Assembly: GCA_964016885.1 (NCBI GenBank)
Contig: OZ024745.1
Location: 68,820,001-68,884,000, forward strand
Direction of reading: 5' to 3'
Length of the DNA: 64,000 bases
Origin: Eledone cirrhosa
Taxonomy: Eukaryota
This document shows positions 38,959 through 53,786 of the stretch, piece by piece (the stretch's first letter is position 1; each line of letters starts with the position of its first letter). The notes below the pieces were generated by a model. The model saw only the letters and a program-made list of their open reading frames with translations, was not told the DNA's origin and did not search any database. A program made the translations under genes and the position numbers.

Positions 38959-39147
38959 CGGTACTAGCTTGGATAGTATACATAAAATAGTGTACGAGGG
39001 GGGGGGGGGGAGAAATAGAAGAAACTTTGAAGTTACTGGCAATTTTTCTGCGGATAATCTTACACTTTGCTCATGTGTATTGAGTGCTTATTTAGTTAAA
39101 GTTTCAAAGGTTTGTGTGTGTGAATATATATATATATATATATATAT

Positions 39148-41928
39148 CAGATAGATTATATCCTTTCAGAAGACGTGCCAGAGTGTCGGTTGTAAACACT
39201 AAATCCCTCCCCCGCGAAGAATGCACCTCCCAACATAGCCTCATAGTTAGTGACCTCATAGTCAGGACGAGACGTACTCGACAACAGAGGAGGACTACCC
39301 TGAGAAGAAGAGTATGGAAGTTAAAGGACCCCACAGCCAGTAACAAATTTAAAAGCATACTACTTGATGCTTTTGACAGTAAGGAAGAGCAATTAGAGAC
39401 GTACAGTATAGAGGAACAGTGGGAATTCCTGAAAGTTAACCTGCTGAAGGCGACAAATGAAATCTGTGGCTGGAGCAGACCTGTAAGCAGGAGGAGGGTA
39501 ACATGGTGGGGGAACAGTAAGGTGGAGGAGTCAATCAAGGCCAAAAAGCAAGCTTGGAAAGTAAGGTGGGATGGGGGAAGTAGAGAACACTATCAAGTGG
39601 CCAGGAGGGAAGCTAGGAGACAAGTGTACCTTGGAAGAAGGGCAGCAAAGGAAATAAAGTTCAAGCATGTTCTACAACGTGAGGACCAAAAACGTGAGGT
39701 GTTCAAGATTGCCAGGCAATGTGTCAAGGAAAACCGTGATATTGTCGGGGACGAGTGTGTCCGTAATGATGATGGTATATTTGCCATCACTGATACTGAT
39801 AAGAAGGTAACTTGGAAGAGGCTACTAAATGAGGAGATAAGTGGGAAAAAGATAGTCTGCTCCAAATCGATCCAATAGAGGGACCAGCAGTGCAAGTTGA
39901 AGGTAGTATAATAAGTAAGGTAATCAAAGATATGAAGACAGGCTAAGCAGCTGGGCCTTTGGAGATAGTTGCTGAAATTCTGAAAGCATCTGGATTGGTG
40001 GGACACACCATGGTCTCCCGGATAGTAAACCAAGTCATACAGAATGGGGTCATACCAAATGACTGGTGTAGCAGCAGCATCATTAACTGTGTAAAGGAGA
40101 TGCCCTAGATAGGAGAAACTATAGAAGCATTAAATTAATTGATCAGGTCATGAAGGTCACAGAAAAAGTTATCGCGCAACTAATCAGAGAGCGAATCGAT
40201 CTAGATGAAATGCAGTTCGGGTTTGTGTCAGGTAAAAGTACCACAGACGCTCTTTTCCTTGTACAACAACTACAGGAGAAGTACCTAGCTAAAAGTAAAC
40301 CCCTGTACTTAGCTTTTGTTGACTTGGAGAAAGCCTTTGACAGAGTCCCCTGCTCCATTATCTGGTGGGTTCTTAGAAAACTAGGTGTTGATGAATGGCT
40401 CGTGAGAGCTATACAAGCCATGTATAAAGAAACAGTCAGCAAGGTTAGAATTAACAACGAATATAGTGAAGAATTTAGCGTAAAACTCGGTGCTCATCAG
40501 GGCTCTGTCCTGAGCCCCCTCCTATTTATTATTGCCCTTCAGGCTATAACAGAGGAGTTCAAGACCGGCTGCCCATGGGAACTTCTATACGCAGATGATC
40601 TAACGCTCATAGCTGAATCAATGGCTGAACTAGAGGAGGAATTCCAAACTTGGAAGCATGGCCTAGAATCAAAAGATCTTAAAATTAACTTGTCTGAGAC
40701 TAAAGTTCTAGTATGTAGGGAGGAAAATAGGGCACTGGTCCCCTCTGGGAAATGGCTAAGCTCAGTGTGTAGGAAAGGAGTAGGCAGAAACTCCATCTTA
40801 TGTCCCAAATGCAAAGTATGGGTGCATAAAAGATGTAGTGGGATCACAGGTAAACTAAGAACATAGATTTTATATGTGGCCGGTGCTCAGGTGCAATAAG
40901 TAGTAGCAAGTGCCCACAGGATACTATCTCCTTCCATTGCCCAGATGGTTCTATAGAAATAGTGGACACCTTCCATTACCTGGGTGACAAAATCAGCAGT
41001 GATGGAGTATGCTCTGAAAGTACAGTAGCTAGAGTCAGAACGGGATGGAAAAAGTTCAGAGAGCTTATACCACTATTGGCCGCTAAAGGTTTCTCCCTAA
41101 AAATGAAAGGCAGACTGTATGATGCCTGCATACGAACAGCAATGTTACATGGCAGTGAGACATTGGCATTGTGTGCAGAGGATTTGCGCAGACTGGAGAG
41201 GAACGAAGCTTGCATGCTCCATTGGATGTGTAATAGTAATATACGTGAACGGTAAAGCATAAATGAACTGAGTGAGAAATTAGGAATAAGAGGCATCAGA
41301 TGTTGTTTACTTGAGAGAAGACTACATTGGTATAGTCACGTGATGTGCATGAAAGACAACAGCTGTATAAAAAAGTGAAGTGCGATCAAAATAGATGGAA
41401 GCTACGGAGTAGGCAGCCCCAGAAAAACCTGGGACGATTTGATAAATTCCGACCTTACACACTTACACCTCTCCAAGACAATGTCACTGGACCGAGATCT
41501 TTGGCACTACGCAGTAATACAGAAGACCCGCCTTGCCCAAGTACAAAGTGAAACTTACAGCAGTAGGCACCTCCTAACCAAAAATACACCCCCATCCCAC
41601 TACCCCTACCCTCAACCCCATCTACACCACCCTTTCTCTGTAAAGTTATGTCGGTGCCACAACATCCAGTCCTAAATAAATGAGGTCATGTAGGTGTCAC
41701 GGCAAAAAACACACAGTCCACGCTGTAATGTGGCCGTGTAGGTAACACGGTAAAAACCTCCCAGTCCACACTGTAAACGTAGTTGGTGTTAGGAAGGGCA
41801 TCCAGCCGTAGAAAACCTGCCAGACAGTCCTATACAAGCAAGACAACGAATCTTGCCTCACGTGGGACAATTCCCATCTAAACCCATGCTAGCGTGGAAG
41901 ATAGACATTAAACGATGATGATGATGAT
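39148..41928 (+). mobile_element. 5'-truncated, frameshifted RTE-clade LINE (end of AP endonuclease, RT, PHD-like finger, 3'UTR, (GAT)n tail)
   Basis: EEC..QH.L.V.D endonuclease end; RT motifs QFGF, FVDLEKAFD, HQGSVLSP, LLYADD; CRKGVGRNSILCPKCKVWVHKRCSG; stops and frameshifts between ORFs 39114, 40150, 40962; flanked by (TA)n. Confidence 0.95.
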
Positions 41929-42252
41929 ATATATATATACGCATGGTATTTGGATACATATTTCTAGGCAATATTTTCTGTTTTATTATTGTATATATAT
42001 ATATATATAAGTTTCGCTTTTTCTACCCTCTGAATTGCGATTCTTGCTGAATTTATATTTGTATATATATAATAAAACAGTAAACATTGCCTAGAAAATG
42101 TATATATATATATATATAAGTAAACAAGGACAAAACACAGAACATCATCATCATCATCATCATCATCATCGTTTAACGTCCATGTTCCACGCTTGCATGG
42201 GTATACAATACAATGATGATATATATTAGTTTAGCACAAGGGAAAGAGACTT

Positions 42253-43085
42253 TAATGTTTCAGACATAAAGGCTTCAAAGTAAATCTATCAAAGACTGAA
42301 GTTTTAGTAAGTAGGAAAGTGGACTCTAATACCATCAGATAAGTGACTGTACAAAATATGTGAAAAGGTAGAAATTCTATAAGGTGGGCAGTTGTCAAAC
42401 AAGAGATGCTGTGGGATAACAAGAAGGCTGTCAGCAAAAATAGACTTCAAGTGTAAGAGGTACACAGAAGTAGTCAACAAGGTCAACAATAATATTGCTT
42501 ATGAAATAAACTCTCAAATGTCCAGATTGCTCACTAGCAGTAGTAAAAAGCTTTTTTGCTGCCTAGGGAACCTCATTAATTGTGGAGTTGTATGTACCGA
42601 ATGTGTAGTAGCCAGAGTGAAAACAGGGTTGAGGAAGTTCAAGAAGTTGTTATCTTTGCTAGTAACAAAGGTCTTCTCACTCAGAGCAAAAAGTAGATTA
42701 TATATGATGCTTGTATTTGAACTGTTATGCTGCATGGCTGCGAGATTTGAGCCTTGAATGCAGAAAATTTGTGATGGCTAAAATGAAATGAGGTATGCAA
42801 TTTTTTCTGGATGTGTAATGTTATTGTATAAGAATAACAAGTGAACTGAGAGGAAATCTATGTGTAAAAGTAATTGAATGTAACATGCAAAAGCAACGAC
42901 TGTGCTGATTTGGTCATGTCATGAAATGCCAAGAGTTTAAAGTAGATGGAACATGTAAAAGAGGGAGACCAAGCAAGATATAGAATGAAGTTAGCATAAA
43001 TGACTTTAAGAAACCAAATCCCATGAAGTAAATTATATAAGACCGAGATGACTGGTAATATACCATAATACAAAAGGCTTGTACT
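42253..43085 (+). mobile_element. Older, highly decayed RTE LINE 3' fragment
   Basis: CTECVVARVKTGLRKFKKLLSLLVTKVFSLRAKSRLY aligns with CSESTVARVRTGWKKFRELIPLLAAKGFSLKMKGRLY at 40962. Confidence 0.85.
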
Positions 43086-43611
43086 CTATCTAGTACAAGC
43101 ATTGCAACACTTAAATGTATATATAACGAGAGACTGGAGACTACATGAAATGCAGTGTCACAATGTTATACACACACACACAGTAATCCCTCCACCCAGT
43201 TATGACGAGGATGAACAGACAGAGACAACATAAAGTAGAGAGGAATCTCTGGCTTTGTCGAGTACCAGACGAGACGAGCCTCCCTAGTATTGGTGCCACA
43301 ATAGAATGCACCCAGTACTCTTTGAAAAGTGGTTGGTGATAGGAATGGAAGCAATATAAGGTATAGAGGACTTTTCAGTGTTGGTGAGAATATGACAGAA
43401 GTGATGCCATGATAAAATATTCACTCCATAATGTGGTAGTGTTGCTGCCATGATAAAATACACTTGGTAAATACTGTAAGGTGTTATGAAAAAATGGCGA
43501 TTGTGACAACCTGTCCAAATCATACTAACATGGAAAGAGGATTTAAAATGATAGTTAAAATGCATTCTATGCATTTTTTTAATCTTATATATATATATAT
43601 ATGTGTGTGTG

Positions 43612-43800
43612 TGTCGACTGAAAAGTTCATAGGCTGACCAGGATACTCTCATGCAATAACCAAATGAGGTTTATTTTTCAACATGGTCTTTGGAAAGAAA
43701 CACTGCAGTTATTCATAAAAGTTGAACTAAATGCATGCAACATTTCACAGCTCTAGCATCACTCCTTTGTAGTCAGCCTATGAACTTTTCGGCCTACTCT
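43612..43800. mobile_element. mariner-type MITE (second copy at 63058-63247)
   Basis: TIRs ctgaaaagttcataggctgac / gtcagcctatgaacttttcgg. Confidence 0.8.
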
Positions 43801-43851
43801 CATGTGTGTATATATAATAATAGATATTATATATATATAATAATAATAATA

Positions 43852-43921
<70 letters not shown>

Positions 43922-45189
43922 CCAAACCTATTATGATAATGAAGAGGAAGAGAATGGCAATGATGATGATGATGTCCATGATCTACTTTTTATCTTATCT
44001 GTCCCAATTACTGTAGAAGGATTTACAAAAGAAAGAACATGACACTTTAGAAGTAGATCAATATTTCACAATAACACAATTATTATATTTTATACAAAAA
44101 ATGAAACAATATGAAAGAAATAATAAAGAAAATTGAAAGAATCATCACAATTTGTATTTCTTTACAGTTCACTATTGATCAATATACTTCTGTGATTGAT
44201 AGGAGTTGCAAAAACAGAAACTAGATCAGTAATTTCTTCAATATTTCTGGTATATTTTTCATTGTATAGACTTATTATTAATATTATTATCAATAATAAT
44301 ATTATCATCATCATCATGATTCGACCCTAGTGGGAAAATCATTATTATAATGATTAACCTTTCACTACCATATTTCTAATGAAATATGCTATCTAAGGTT
44401 TTCAAATAATTTCAAAAATAATCAACAATTTGGAGGAATTTAGAGATATAACTAACACTTGCATTATTAATATAGTGTTTGGAACATAACTTAATGAATG
44501 TTCTTGCAGAAAATTATGGTGAAAGGATTTTAGATGAATATAAACACTTTAAAATTGTTTTGTATCATAGAATCATGGGCCGTTTCATGTGGTTTGATAT
44601 CAAAAGTGTTAATATCATTCATCACAAACATTATTATTTAACATCGCTTTTCTCTTCTAGCATGGGATGAGAAGATCACCACAGATTATGTCAACACATG
44701 ATCATAGCTACTGGCCTGTCAGATAGACCAGAATCCTACATCTTATTTACAAACATTTCTACACGCTAAAGAGGGAAACAACAATTTTGTACTAACACCC
44801 AACTTTACGCAGATTTCATGCCTTTGACCCAACTGAAGAGTTCTCCCAGCCATATTATACAGTTGACTAGCTGTATTTATTATATAGAGACACCACTGTC
44901 ATAGCATTGCCAAACCCAAAGAGTCCTTTCAGCCCTATGTTTGGCATACTTTGTATAGGATGTACTGGGTGCATTTTTTGTAGCCCCAGATTAAGTGAAT
45001 TTTTCAGTCATTGACTAGACTGAAGAGCCCTGTCTACACTCTAAGGGAGGTGGAAATGGTGTCAGAGTTAAGAAGGATAAGTTTGATATCATGGATGTAT
45101 GACAAGTGTTGTGGTTTTCGGGTAGAGTCTGAACTTGAACAGAGTGGAGTATACTGTGATGTTATGTGTGTGTGTTTGTGTGTATGTGT

Positions 45190-45878
45190 GCATAACGAAC
45201 AGCAATGTTACATAGTAGTGAGACCTGGGCGCTGTCTGCAGAAGACTTGCGTAGAATTATAAGAAACGAAGCCTGCATGCTCTGATGGATGTGTAATAGT
45301 AATATACGCGAACGGCAAAGCATAAACGAATTGAGAGAGAGACTGAGCATAAGAGGAATCAAATGCTGTGTGCAGGAGAGGAGGTTGCATTGGTATGGAC
45401 ATGTGATGCGTATGAAGGATGACAGCTGCATAGAAAGGTGCAGAGCACTAGAAGTCGATGGAAGCCACGGAGTGGGGAGACCCAAGAAGACCTGGGATGA
45501 GGTAATAAAAGCCGACCTTAGCCAATTACACCTTTCAAAGGCGATGACACACGACCGTGACCTCTGGTATCACGCAGTAATACAGAAGACCCGACACCCC
45601 ACGGGTACAAGCTGAAGCTGAAGCATATAGACAATATGCCTCCATACCTTCCCACTGCAAAGTGGTCGTGGAGGTGCCACGGTAAAAAAGCACCCAGCAC
45701 TCACTGTAAATGAGGTTGGTGTTAGGAAGGGCATCCAGCTGTAGAAATCAAGCCAGATCAGTTACTGTATCAGCAAGGCATGGTCAGCCGACCAGACACT
45801 GCCCACAACAGGACAACCCGTCTAACCCATGCTAGCGTGGAAGAACGGACGTAAAGCGGTGATGATGATGATGATGAT
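45190..45878 (+). mobile_element. RTE LINE 3' fragment, same family as 39148-41928
   Basis: RRLHWYGHVMR...GRPKKTW motif, shared 3'UTR and (GAT)n tail. Confidence 0.92.
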
Positions 45879-45966
45879 ATATTTGCGTGTGTGTACGTTT
45901 ATTTATGTGTGGACCTATCATCATCATTATTATCATCATTTAACATCCATTTTCCTGCTAGCAAAT

Positions 45967-46524
45967 TATATATATATATATATATAATTATATATATATA
46001 TATATAATTATATATATATATGTACATTATATATATATATATATATATATAATTATATATATATATGTACATTATATATATAGATATATATATATAGATA
46101 TAGATATATATATATGTACATATATATAAATGTACAGATATATGTATATATATATATATGCATATATATATGTATGTATATATGCATATATATATGTATA
46201 TATGCATATATATATGTATATATATATGTATGTATATATGCATATATATATGTATGTATATATGCATATATATATGTATGTATATATGCATATATATATG
46301 TATGTATATATGCATATATATATGTATGTATATATGCATATATATATGTATGTATATATGCATATATATATGTATGTATATATGCATATATATATGTATG
46401 TATATATGCATATATATATGTATGTGTATATATATATATATATGTATGTATATATGCATATATATATGTATGTGTATATATATATATATATATATGTATG
46501 TGTATATATATATATATATATATG

Positions 46525-46596
<72 letters not shown>

Positions 46597-46598
46597 AT
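45967..46598. repeat. Compound AT-rich microsatellite with a 24-bp higher-order unit (atatatgcatatatatatgtatgt)
   Basis: Direct reading; source of the spurious YI/YM ORFs. Confidence 0.95.
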
Positions 46599-49089
46599 TC
46601 CACTCTCTTTCTCTTGAGAACTAAAGAAATCTATTATGAGTAGTAAAAGAATTGTATAAGATTTGTAGTTAAAATTATTGAAAACAAACTATATTTGTAA
46701 ATTTACAGAATAAAAAATAAAATCAATCCAAATGATTGATAGCTAACTCCCTGAAGACTTATTAAATATTGTTAAATAAAAAATAAGATTAATATAAAGG
46801 ATTATATAATGTGGTTTGTTTGTTTATTTAAAGCATTATTGAAGTTAGACATAAATAATGAAAAAAATAATAATAGAAATATTGTTTTAGAATTGTAGTT
46901 GGAAAATGTGTAATAATTTAGAATTCATCATCATCGTCATCATTTTATGTCTGCTTTCCATGCTGGTATGGGTTAGATGGGCTGTGGCAGTCCAGGTCAA
47001 GGTGGTTCGGAATATCACATCTTGACTCTTATATTTTATATTTAGCTTTGTTTCAATGGCTGGATGCCTTTCCTAATAATAAAACCACTTTACGGGGTGT
47101 ACTCTTTGCATTTTATTGTGGCAGTAACACTATCACTTTACAGAGTGTAGCAGATGCATTTTAACTTGACACCATCACTATCATTTTATAGTACTAACTA
47201 GGGGTATTTTATTGTGAACCAGCACTACCACTTTACAGACAATACTTTATGCAGTAAATAAATATATAATAACAAAAATATTGTTTTAAAATAACAGTTG
47301 TTGAAAAATATGTATTATTCATTTACTTGTATCAGTGTTTATCCGGGATGGGTTGAGCCAGCTCCAACCAATGCATTGACAGCATCACATTCAAAGACTG
47401 CCCATACATGGTGATCATTGATGTCTAACATAGATATTACCAGCCACTCATGATTGCAACAATGGATGCCATATATACTGGCTCCAGCCAGTGCATCAAC
47501 AACATCATGGAAAGTGGATACCCATATATGTTAATCACAGTCATGATTTCAATGGCAGACACATTACATGCAAGGACCAACATTAGCTGAAATCTAACTA
47601 ATTGAATCATGCCAATCTACAGCTTTAGTATTAAAAATAAAAGCAATACTTCCAGTAAACATTTTATTGTGATACGGTATATGTTCAAATAAGTTTTCAG
47701 TGTTTTATATTATCTATTTATATGTGAGAATTGGTTTCCAAAACACACTGCATCATCATCTTATGCTCTCAACATAATCCTCAATACCTACAATTGGATT
47801 AATATTCTAAAATAACATATTTCTAAAGAGAAAAGAATATTCTTAAATAACTCACTTCAAAAAGACAAAATAAAGCTGCCTATTTTATTCCATATATCAG
47901 TTTTATAAAGTTTTACACCAACTTTAACTCTTTATAAACTAAAAAGGAGGCACCATACATACAAACAAAAAATGATATGATAAAATAATTTAATGGCCAT
48001 ATTAAAGAACTGTGTATAACCGGTTTAGAATAGCTACACTAAATTCCTACATGTCATAAGAGGTGACTAAAAGTGTTTGTACCAGGAAGGGATCGAGCTA
48101 GAAAAACATTGCTTCAAAAAGGAACCTATGGTGAGTATGAAGCTCGTCATGAGGCTTGCAGAAACTCAGAGAAATAGCCCTTTAAACACTTATATTTGGA
48201 ACATTATCATGAAGAAATTGATGTTAATAGTAGCTATAAAAATGTTGAGAGCAGGAAATCCTTGAGTTCAATAACTGTTTCAATACCAAACCGCCCCTAG
48301 TTTCATGATACTAAACTGTTTGTTTTAAAATGCTTATACTTATATCTTAACTCTCTATTACAATTTCATGTAAAAATATTTTATCAAGTTGTTCCAAACA
48401 CTGGCTTAAGAATAAAAAATTTAGTTATATTACTTTCATTGTCTTTGCTACATTGTCTTTCATTACAAGTATGGTAATGAAGGGATTGATACACTGTTTA
48501 TCCCCAGGTCAGCACCAATCAATCAGATCTATGATTAAATGCATTCCAGCTATGACCATTCTCTTTAGAACTAGATTATCCAATATGTCAGTCTTACTTT
48601 GTTTTAAGATGGATGATGGAATATGATGTAAAAGGAATTTGGCTGGTATTTCTAGCAGCTGAGCAACACTACAAAAGCTTTCTTTTTGGCTTGAATATTT
48701 TGCATTTCAGTTGACAATCAGGAGTTCATGCAGACCATTTAACCCATCTAAAGTCAGTTTTCAATGGAAAACTGTATATTTTAAAATGTTTATATTTATC
48801 TGAATGAGAACCTTTGTTAAGTAATGGTCCAGATAGCAGTATAAAAATGAGAACATTATATTACTTAATCCATCCGAATTGTTGATTATTTTCAAAATGA
48901 TTTGAAAATTATAGGTACAGTATTTCTTTAGAAATCATCATCATCATCATCATCATCTTCGTTTAACGTCCATTTTCCACGTTAGCATGGGTGGTAACAA
49001 AAGTGTTTATATTTATCTACAAGAAACTGCTGATATAATTTTATATAAGAACATTGATTAAACTACTCTATTCACCAAGTAAATAATGA

Positions 49090-49300
49090 TTTCTCCTCTA
49101 GACACAAGGCCAACAATTTTGAGGGCAGGGAAAATCAATTAAATCTATCCCAGTACATTTTTGGTGCTTTATTTTATTAAGCTCATGAAGATGAAAGGCA
49201 AAGTTAATGTCAGCAGGATTTGAACTCAGACTGCACAGTGCCATAACTCTATGCTGCAAAGAATGATGTCCGATGCTCTACTGATGGTGTCAATCCATGC
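49090..49300 (-). mobile_element. Older SINE family A relative with 22-bp target-site duplication
   Basis: ctattcaccaagtaaataatga at 49068-49089 and 49301-49322. Confidence 0.85.
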
Positions 49301-49492
49301 CTATTCACCAAGTAAATAATGAGAAAGTTAATTCTTGATAATTTTCATTGTCTTTCATTATAAATATGATGAAAAAAAGAGTTGATACATGGATGTAGCA
49401 TGGTCAAATATTTAGAGGATGTTTGCTTTGCAACCATTAAATCTTGGGTCCAATCCCACTGTATAGCATTGTAGGCAAGTATTATTTATCAT

Positions 49493-49680
49493 GGTGAATT
49501 GGCAGTATCGGTAGAGGGTTGGACGCCATGCTTTCTAGCATAGTTACGCCCCTTTATGGTCTGAGTTCAAATCCCGTCGAGGTAAACTTTGCCTTTCATC
49601 CTTACGGGGTCGATAAAATAAAGTACCAGTAATGTACTGGGTAATTGCTGGCCTTGTGCCAAAAGTAGAAACAATTATTT
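49493..49680 (+). mobile_element. SINE family A nested inside an older family B SINE
   Basis: attatttatcat duplicated at 49481-49492 and 49674-49685; family B sequence resumes after the insert. Confidence 0.88.
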
Positions 49681-52478
49681 ATCATAGCTTTGGGTTGACC
49701 TAAGCATTGTGAGTGAAACTGGGTAGAGGGAAACTGTTTGAAAGCCTGTTGGATGGACTGTACCCATGATTCAAAGGGCCAGTCTTGTTAAACACTGTGC
49801 CAGGCTGAATCTCCCTGAGAATTTCACATGAGAGGTAAATGCATCTTTGGAATGTTCAGCTACTTACACATTAATTTCAGGAGCAGCCTACTCCATTGAT
49901 CAAACAAAATGAACACTCATCATGGAAACTGATAGAGATCTATTCTATTTCATTTAATTATTACTACCAGTCAATAATAGAATGGCCAATATCATGAAAA
50001 AAGCCTCCAAGCAAATATTTCAATTGTAAGTCCACCAAGGAGAGAAAGAGAAATTAAAAAAATATATATATATTTAAAAAAATTATGTTTCTAACTGACT
50101 GCTTCCTTTGAGAATAAAGTCAGAAACTTTAATGAAAATTAGTGATTGTTGGTTGGAATTTTTTCTTTTTGAAATCCAATTAATAACCTGATTTTTCTCC
50201 TAATATTCCTACAAATAAATATTGTTTGTCATAAGAATGAGGAGATGGAGCATTTAAATTATCTTTTATCATCATTTTATGTCTGCTTCCCAAGCAGTCA
50301 TGGGTTGGATAGGTTGGAGAGGCCTATTCTTGTTCATACATTTCATATTTGGCATGGTTTCTACAGTTAGATGCCATTCATTATACCAACCAGGTTACAG
50401 TTTGTAATGGGTGTATTTCATCATGGTACCAACACTAGAGATGTTATATTCTCAGCCAGACTGAAGGCTTCTCTCTGCCATATATTCTATTCATTTGATT
50501 GCCAATCAGATTACAGAGTGTACTGGGTACATTATATAACGATACCAGCACTAGAAAAATAATCAGATATTCAAAAAGATCAGAGGTACCTCTCTATTCG
50601 TAGTTGTCTTGGTCTGATCACCACCACTCAATAAGTGGGGCTACTGAGTGCTTTCTATTCTAACACAGAGTTTGTCCTGTTCACTACAAATTACAGGGTC
50701 CTCTCCACTCTATGTAGACTCCAATCTAGAATTTTAAAATGAGCCAATTAGCCTAATTTCTGATTCCAATATAATTCACTGAATAAACAATATGTTGTTT
50801 AGATATATTCAAATTTAATATATATATATATATATATGATAGGCTTCTGCCATTTCCATCGACCAAATTCTACTCTCAGAGCATGGGTCAACCTGAGGCT
50901 CCTGTAGGAGAGACTTGCTCAAAGTACTATGCAGCAGAACTGAACTCAGAACCATATGACTGCAAAGTGAACTTCTTAACTTCACAGCCATGCCTACATG
51001 TATATATATATATATATATCTAATTTCATTTTTAATCCAGTTATAAGCAAAGCAACTCAAGCGATAGTAATATATAACTTTTATATTTTGGAGGTATGTG
51101 AGCTTAAAATTCAAATTTTCTCAATTCTTCATAAAACAATTAATTCTTTGTGTATATATATGTATTTTTTTTTCAAACTATACTACCTGTAATTTTACAT
51201 CACCAACAGTTCACACCTTCAATAACAATATGATAGAAATTACATGACTGCTGCTATAATAATGCCTTCTGTTAGAATAGGAATCCTTTCTTAATGAGGT
51301 GTTTATTTGTTTCTAAAGACTATAGGCTAACTTTGCTGATTATACTTGCTAAATGAAGGGTGGATGAAAGTAATTTCACTGAATATATGTAATTTACTAC
51401 ATACCCTCATTAACATGGCAAATAATTCCATAGAAATATAAAATAATAAACTAGAAATGATTTTATAATCGCAAATCAATACTTTCATTTGTCTTTACAA
51501 TGTATATTTTATTTGCTTTAAATTCCGAATTAATGTTTTATAAAATCAACTCTGGTGAGGTTACTTTTCCTCTTGATTTATATGGAACCACCAAAACGAA
51601 AAAGCCCTTCATTAGTCATCACTGGCCTTGGGGATATACCCTCAACTGATTGCCCATGGGTTTGCTTCTGTGAGGGACAAGACTGGACTTTAGAAAACTA
51701 GCAGTTGAACATGTATGCAAGTCTTCCCTCTGCTCAACACTCACATTGTCTTAAGGAATGGCAAAGGTCAATACTGCTTTGCACCAGTAATGTCAAAACT
51801 CGTTTTTTTCAGCTGAATATACTATAGGAACATGAAATAAAGTACTTTGCTGAAAGAGAAAATGCTGAGACTGGTCAGAGAACCCAGTACACTAACCACT
51901 AAGCAATGTGCCACCTTCACTGATGAACAACACAATAGAAGTTTCAATACTATTTTCCTCGCTAAAGGGAAAATGGTTTTGTGGTTCACATGATAGGCTT
52001 CTTATTGATCATGGGTGCTTTTTGGGGAAAGGTTTTACAGGCAAATGCTCTTCTTGGCACTAATTCTATATGGAACAAAATGAAATGAGAAATATTATAG
52101 ACCAGTGTTTCTTCAAGAGGATTCTGCAAAATAAATTATGGGGGTCAACAAGATGGAATGTCTTTTAACCAAAATATGTTGTTTTTTTTTATACAAATAA
52201 ATTTTCTATATAAAACAATTTTTGTTTCATTGAATACAACAAGCATTTTAAAGTCACTTTTCTAACTAAAGCAGGGGTTAACCACACCGACCCAATGACA
52301 TGCATATGCATTTTGCCCTTTCCTCAGAATTTTCCTTCCATCATCTTTAACCATATCTTTCTTGTTTTTTTTACTATCACTATTCTAATTTAGTGTGTGT
52401 GTGTGTGTGGTGGGGGAGAAGATATGTGTTTGGGGGGAGGGGTTAGATGTGTGCATGCATGTTTCTCCTTGTCTATGT

Positions 52479-53131
52479 TTAACTCTTTAGCATTTAAATT
52501 GGCCATATCCGGCCAGAATTCTCTCACTTCTCTTTGTTCAAACTGGCTGTAACTGGCTGCTCATACCTACATTAAGGTATTGTTCTCAAAATAAATAACA
52601 TTAAAATCTCATAGATTGGATGTTATGTGAGATAATTATGTAAGATAAAGCCTTTACTGGAAAAATACAGTAGTGAATATAGAGTAATGTGAATACTAAA
52701 AGGTTAAGTCACATTTTAGCAAAAAAGAGATTGATAAAATAAGTACCACAGTTAAAAAATAAGTATGGTACATCTGCATGGCCATAGTTTAATGAGTGAA
52801 ACCAGTAAAAGGATAAATGATCAAACAATAACCTAACCTATCCAAACAACAATGTTAAAGCAGCAAAGAATATACTTCACTATATTTATTCCAGTTCCAT
52901 GCATCCTGAGTTGAAACCCTTTAGCATTTACATTACTCTATATTTACTATTGTATTTACACTTTATCACATAATTATCTCACATAATATTGAATCAATGA
53001 GATTTTAATGTTACTTATTTTGAGAACAATACCTTAACATAAGTATGAGAGGTCAGTTATGGCCAGTTTTAACAGAAAGAGGTAAGAGAATTGTAGCTGG
53101 ATATGGCCGGCTTAAATTCTTAAAGGGTTAA
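52479..53131. mobile_element. piggyBac-like MITE(s)
   Basis: ttaactctttagcatttaaattggccatatccggcca at left and near reverse complement ending aaagggttaa at right; TTAA ends; may be two adjacent copies. Confidence 0.6.
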
Positions 53132-53149
53132 GGTTAATTTTGCCTCTAT

Positions 53150-53476
53150 ATGGGAGTGGAGTTCCACTGAAGCAGGTAGAGAAGTTCAAGTATCTCAGGG
53201 CTTTGTTCATGAGTGATGGAAGGCAGAAGGCTGGATTAAATGCAAGAACTGCAGGAGCAATACTTACCTATGGTCATGAGTCTTGGGTTATGACTGAAAG
53301 AATATGATTGCCAATGCAAACGGTCAAAATGGCGTTTCTCTGAAAAGTCATTGATGTAACATTACTCGACAGAGTGCATAGCTCAGAGAGCAGAGTCATT
53401 CCAGGTAGAGCCACTACTTCTCCAAATTGAGAGATTACAGCTCAGATATTATGGACAAGATAAAATGTCTCAAGAA
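53150..53476 (+). mobile_element. Decayed Rex3/Expander-like RTE fragment
   Basis: VPLKQVEKFKYLRALFMSDGR...ILTYGHESWVMTERI. Confidence 0.8.
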
Positions 53477-53786
53477 ATATATTTTTCTTTTACTGATTAA
53501 TCAGAGAGGAAAGACCTGAGCACAGCACCATTTTTCAAACCTCTGAAACTGATGAGAGGGTGGAAGTGAGTTATTTTCAATATGAAGATCTGTCCCAGAA
53601 ACTTGAAATAGTGGACTCTACTAAAGATACGCCAGGTTCAAGTGATGGGGTTAAACTCAACAAGGGAATAACTCTACAGTGTGAGTAAGTCATGGAGGGA
53701 TTTGAACTTTGAATGAGAATAGCCAGAACAAATACTGCAAGACAACCTATTTGAATTTCTGGAACTTTGACAATTATTGTAATTTT

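Noticed and set aside
39104-41296. Antisense ORFs over the RTE (and 55646-56548 over the CR1)
   Set aside because: Shadow frames of the retroelement coding strand
45899-46643. Long ORFs of 160-234 aa
   Set aside because: Translations of TA/TATG microsatellite; the same applies to YI/CV/HT-rich ORFs at 3630-4159, 8081-8729, 9829-10252, 16317-16643 and 38720-39154
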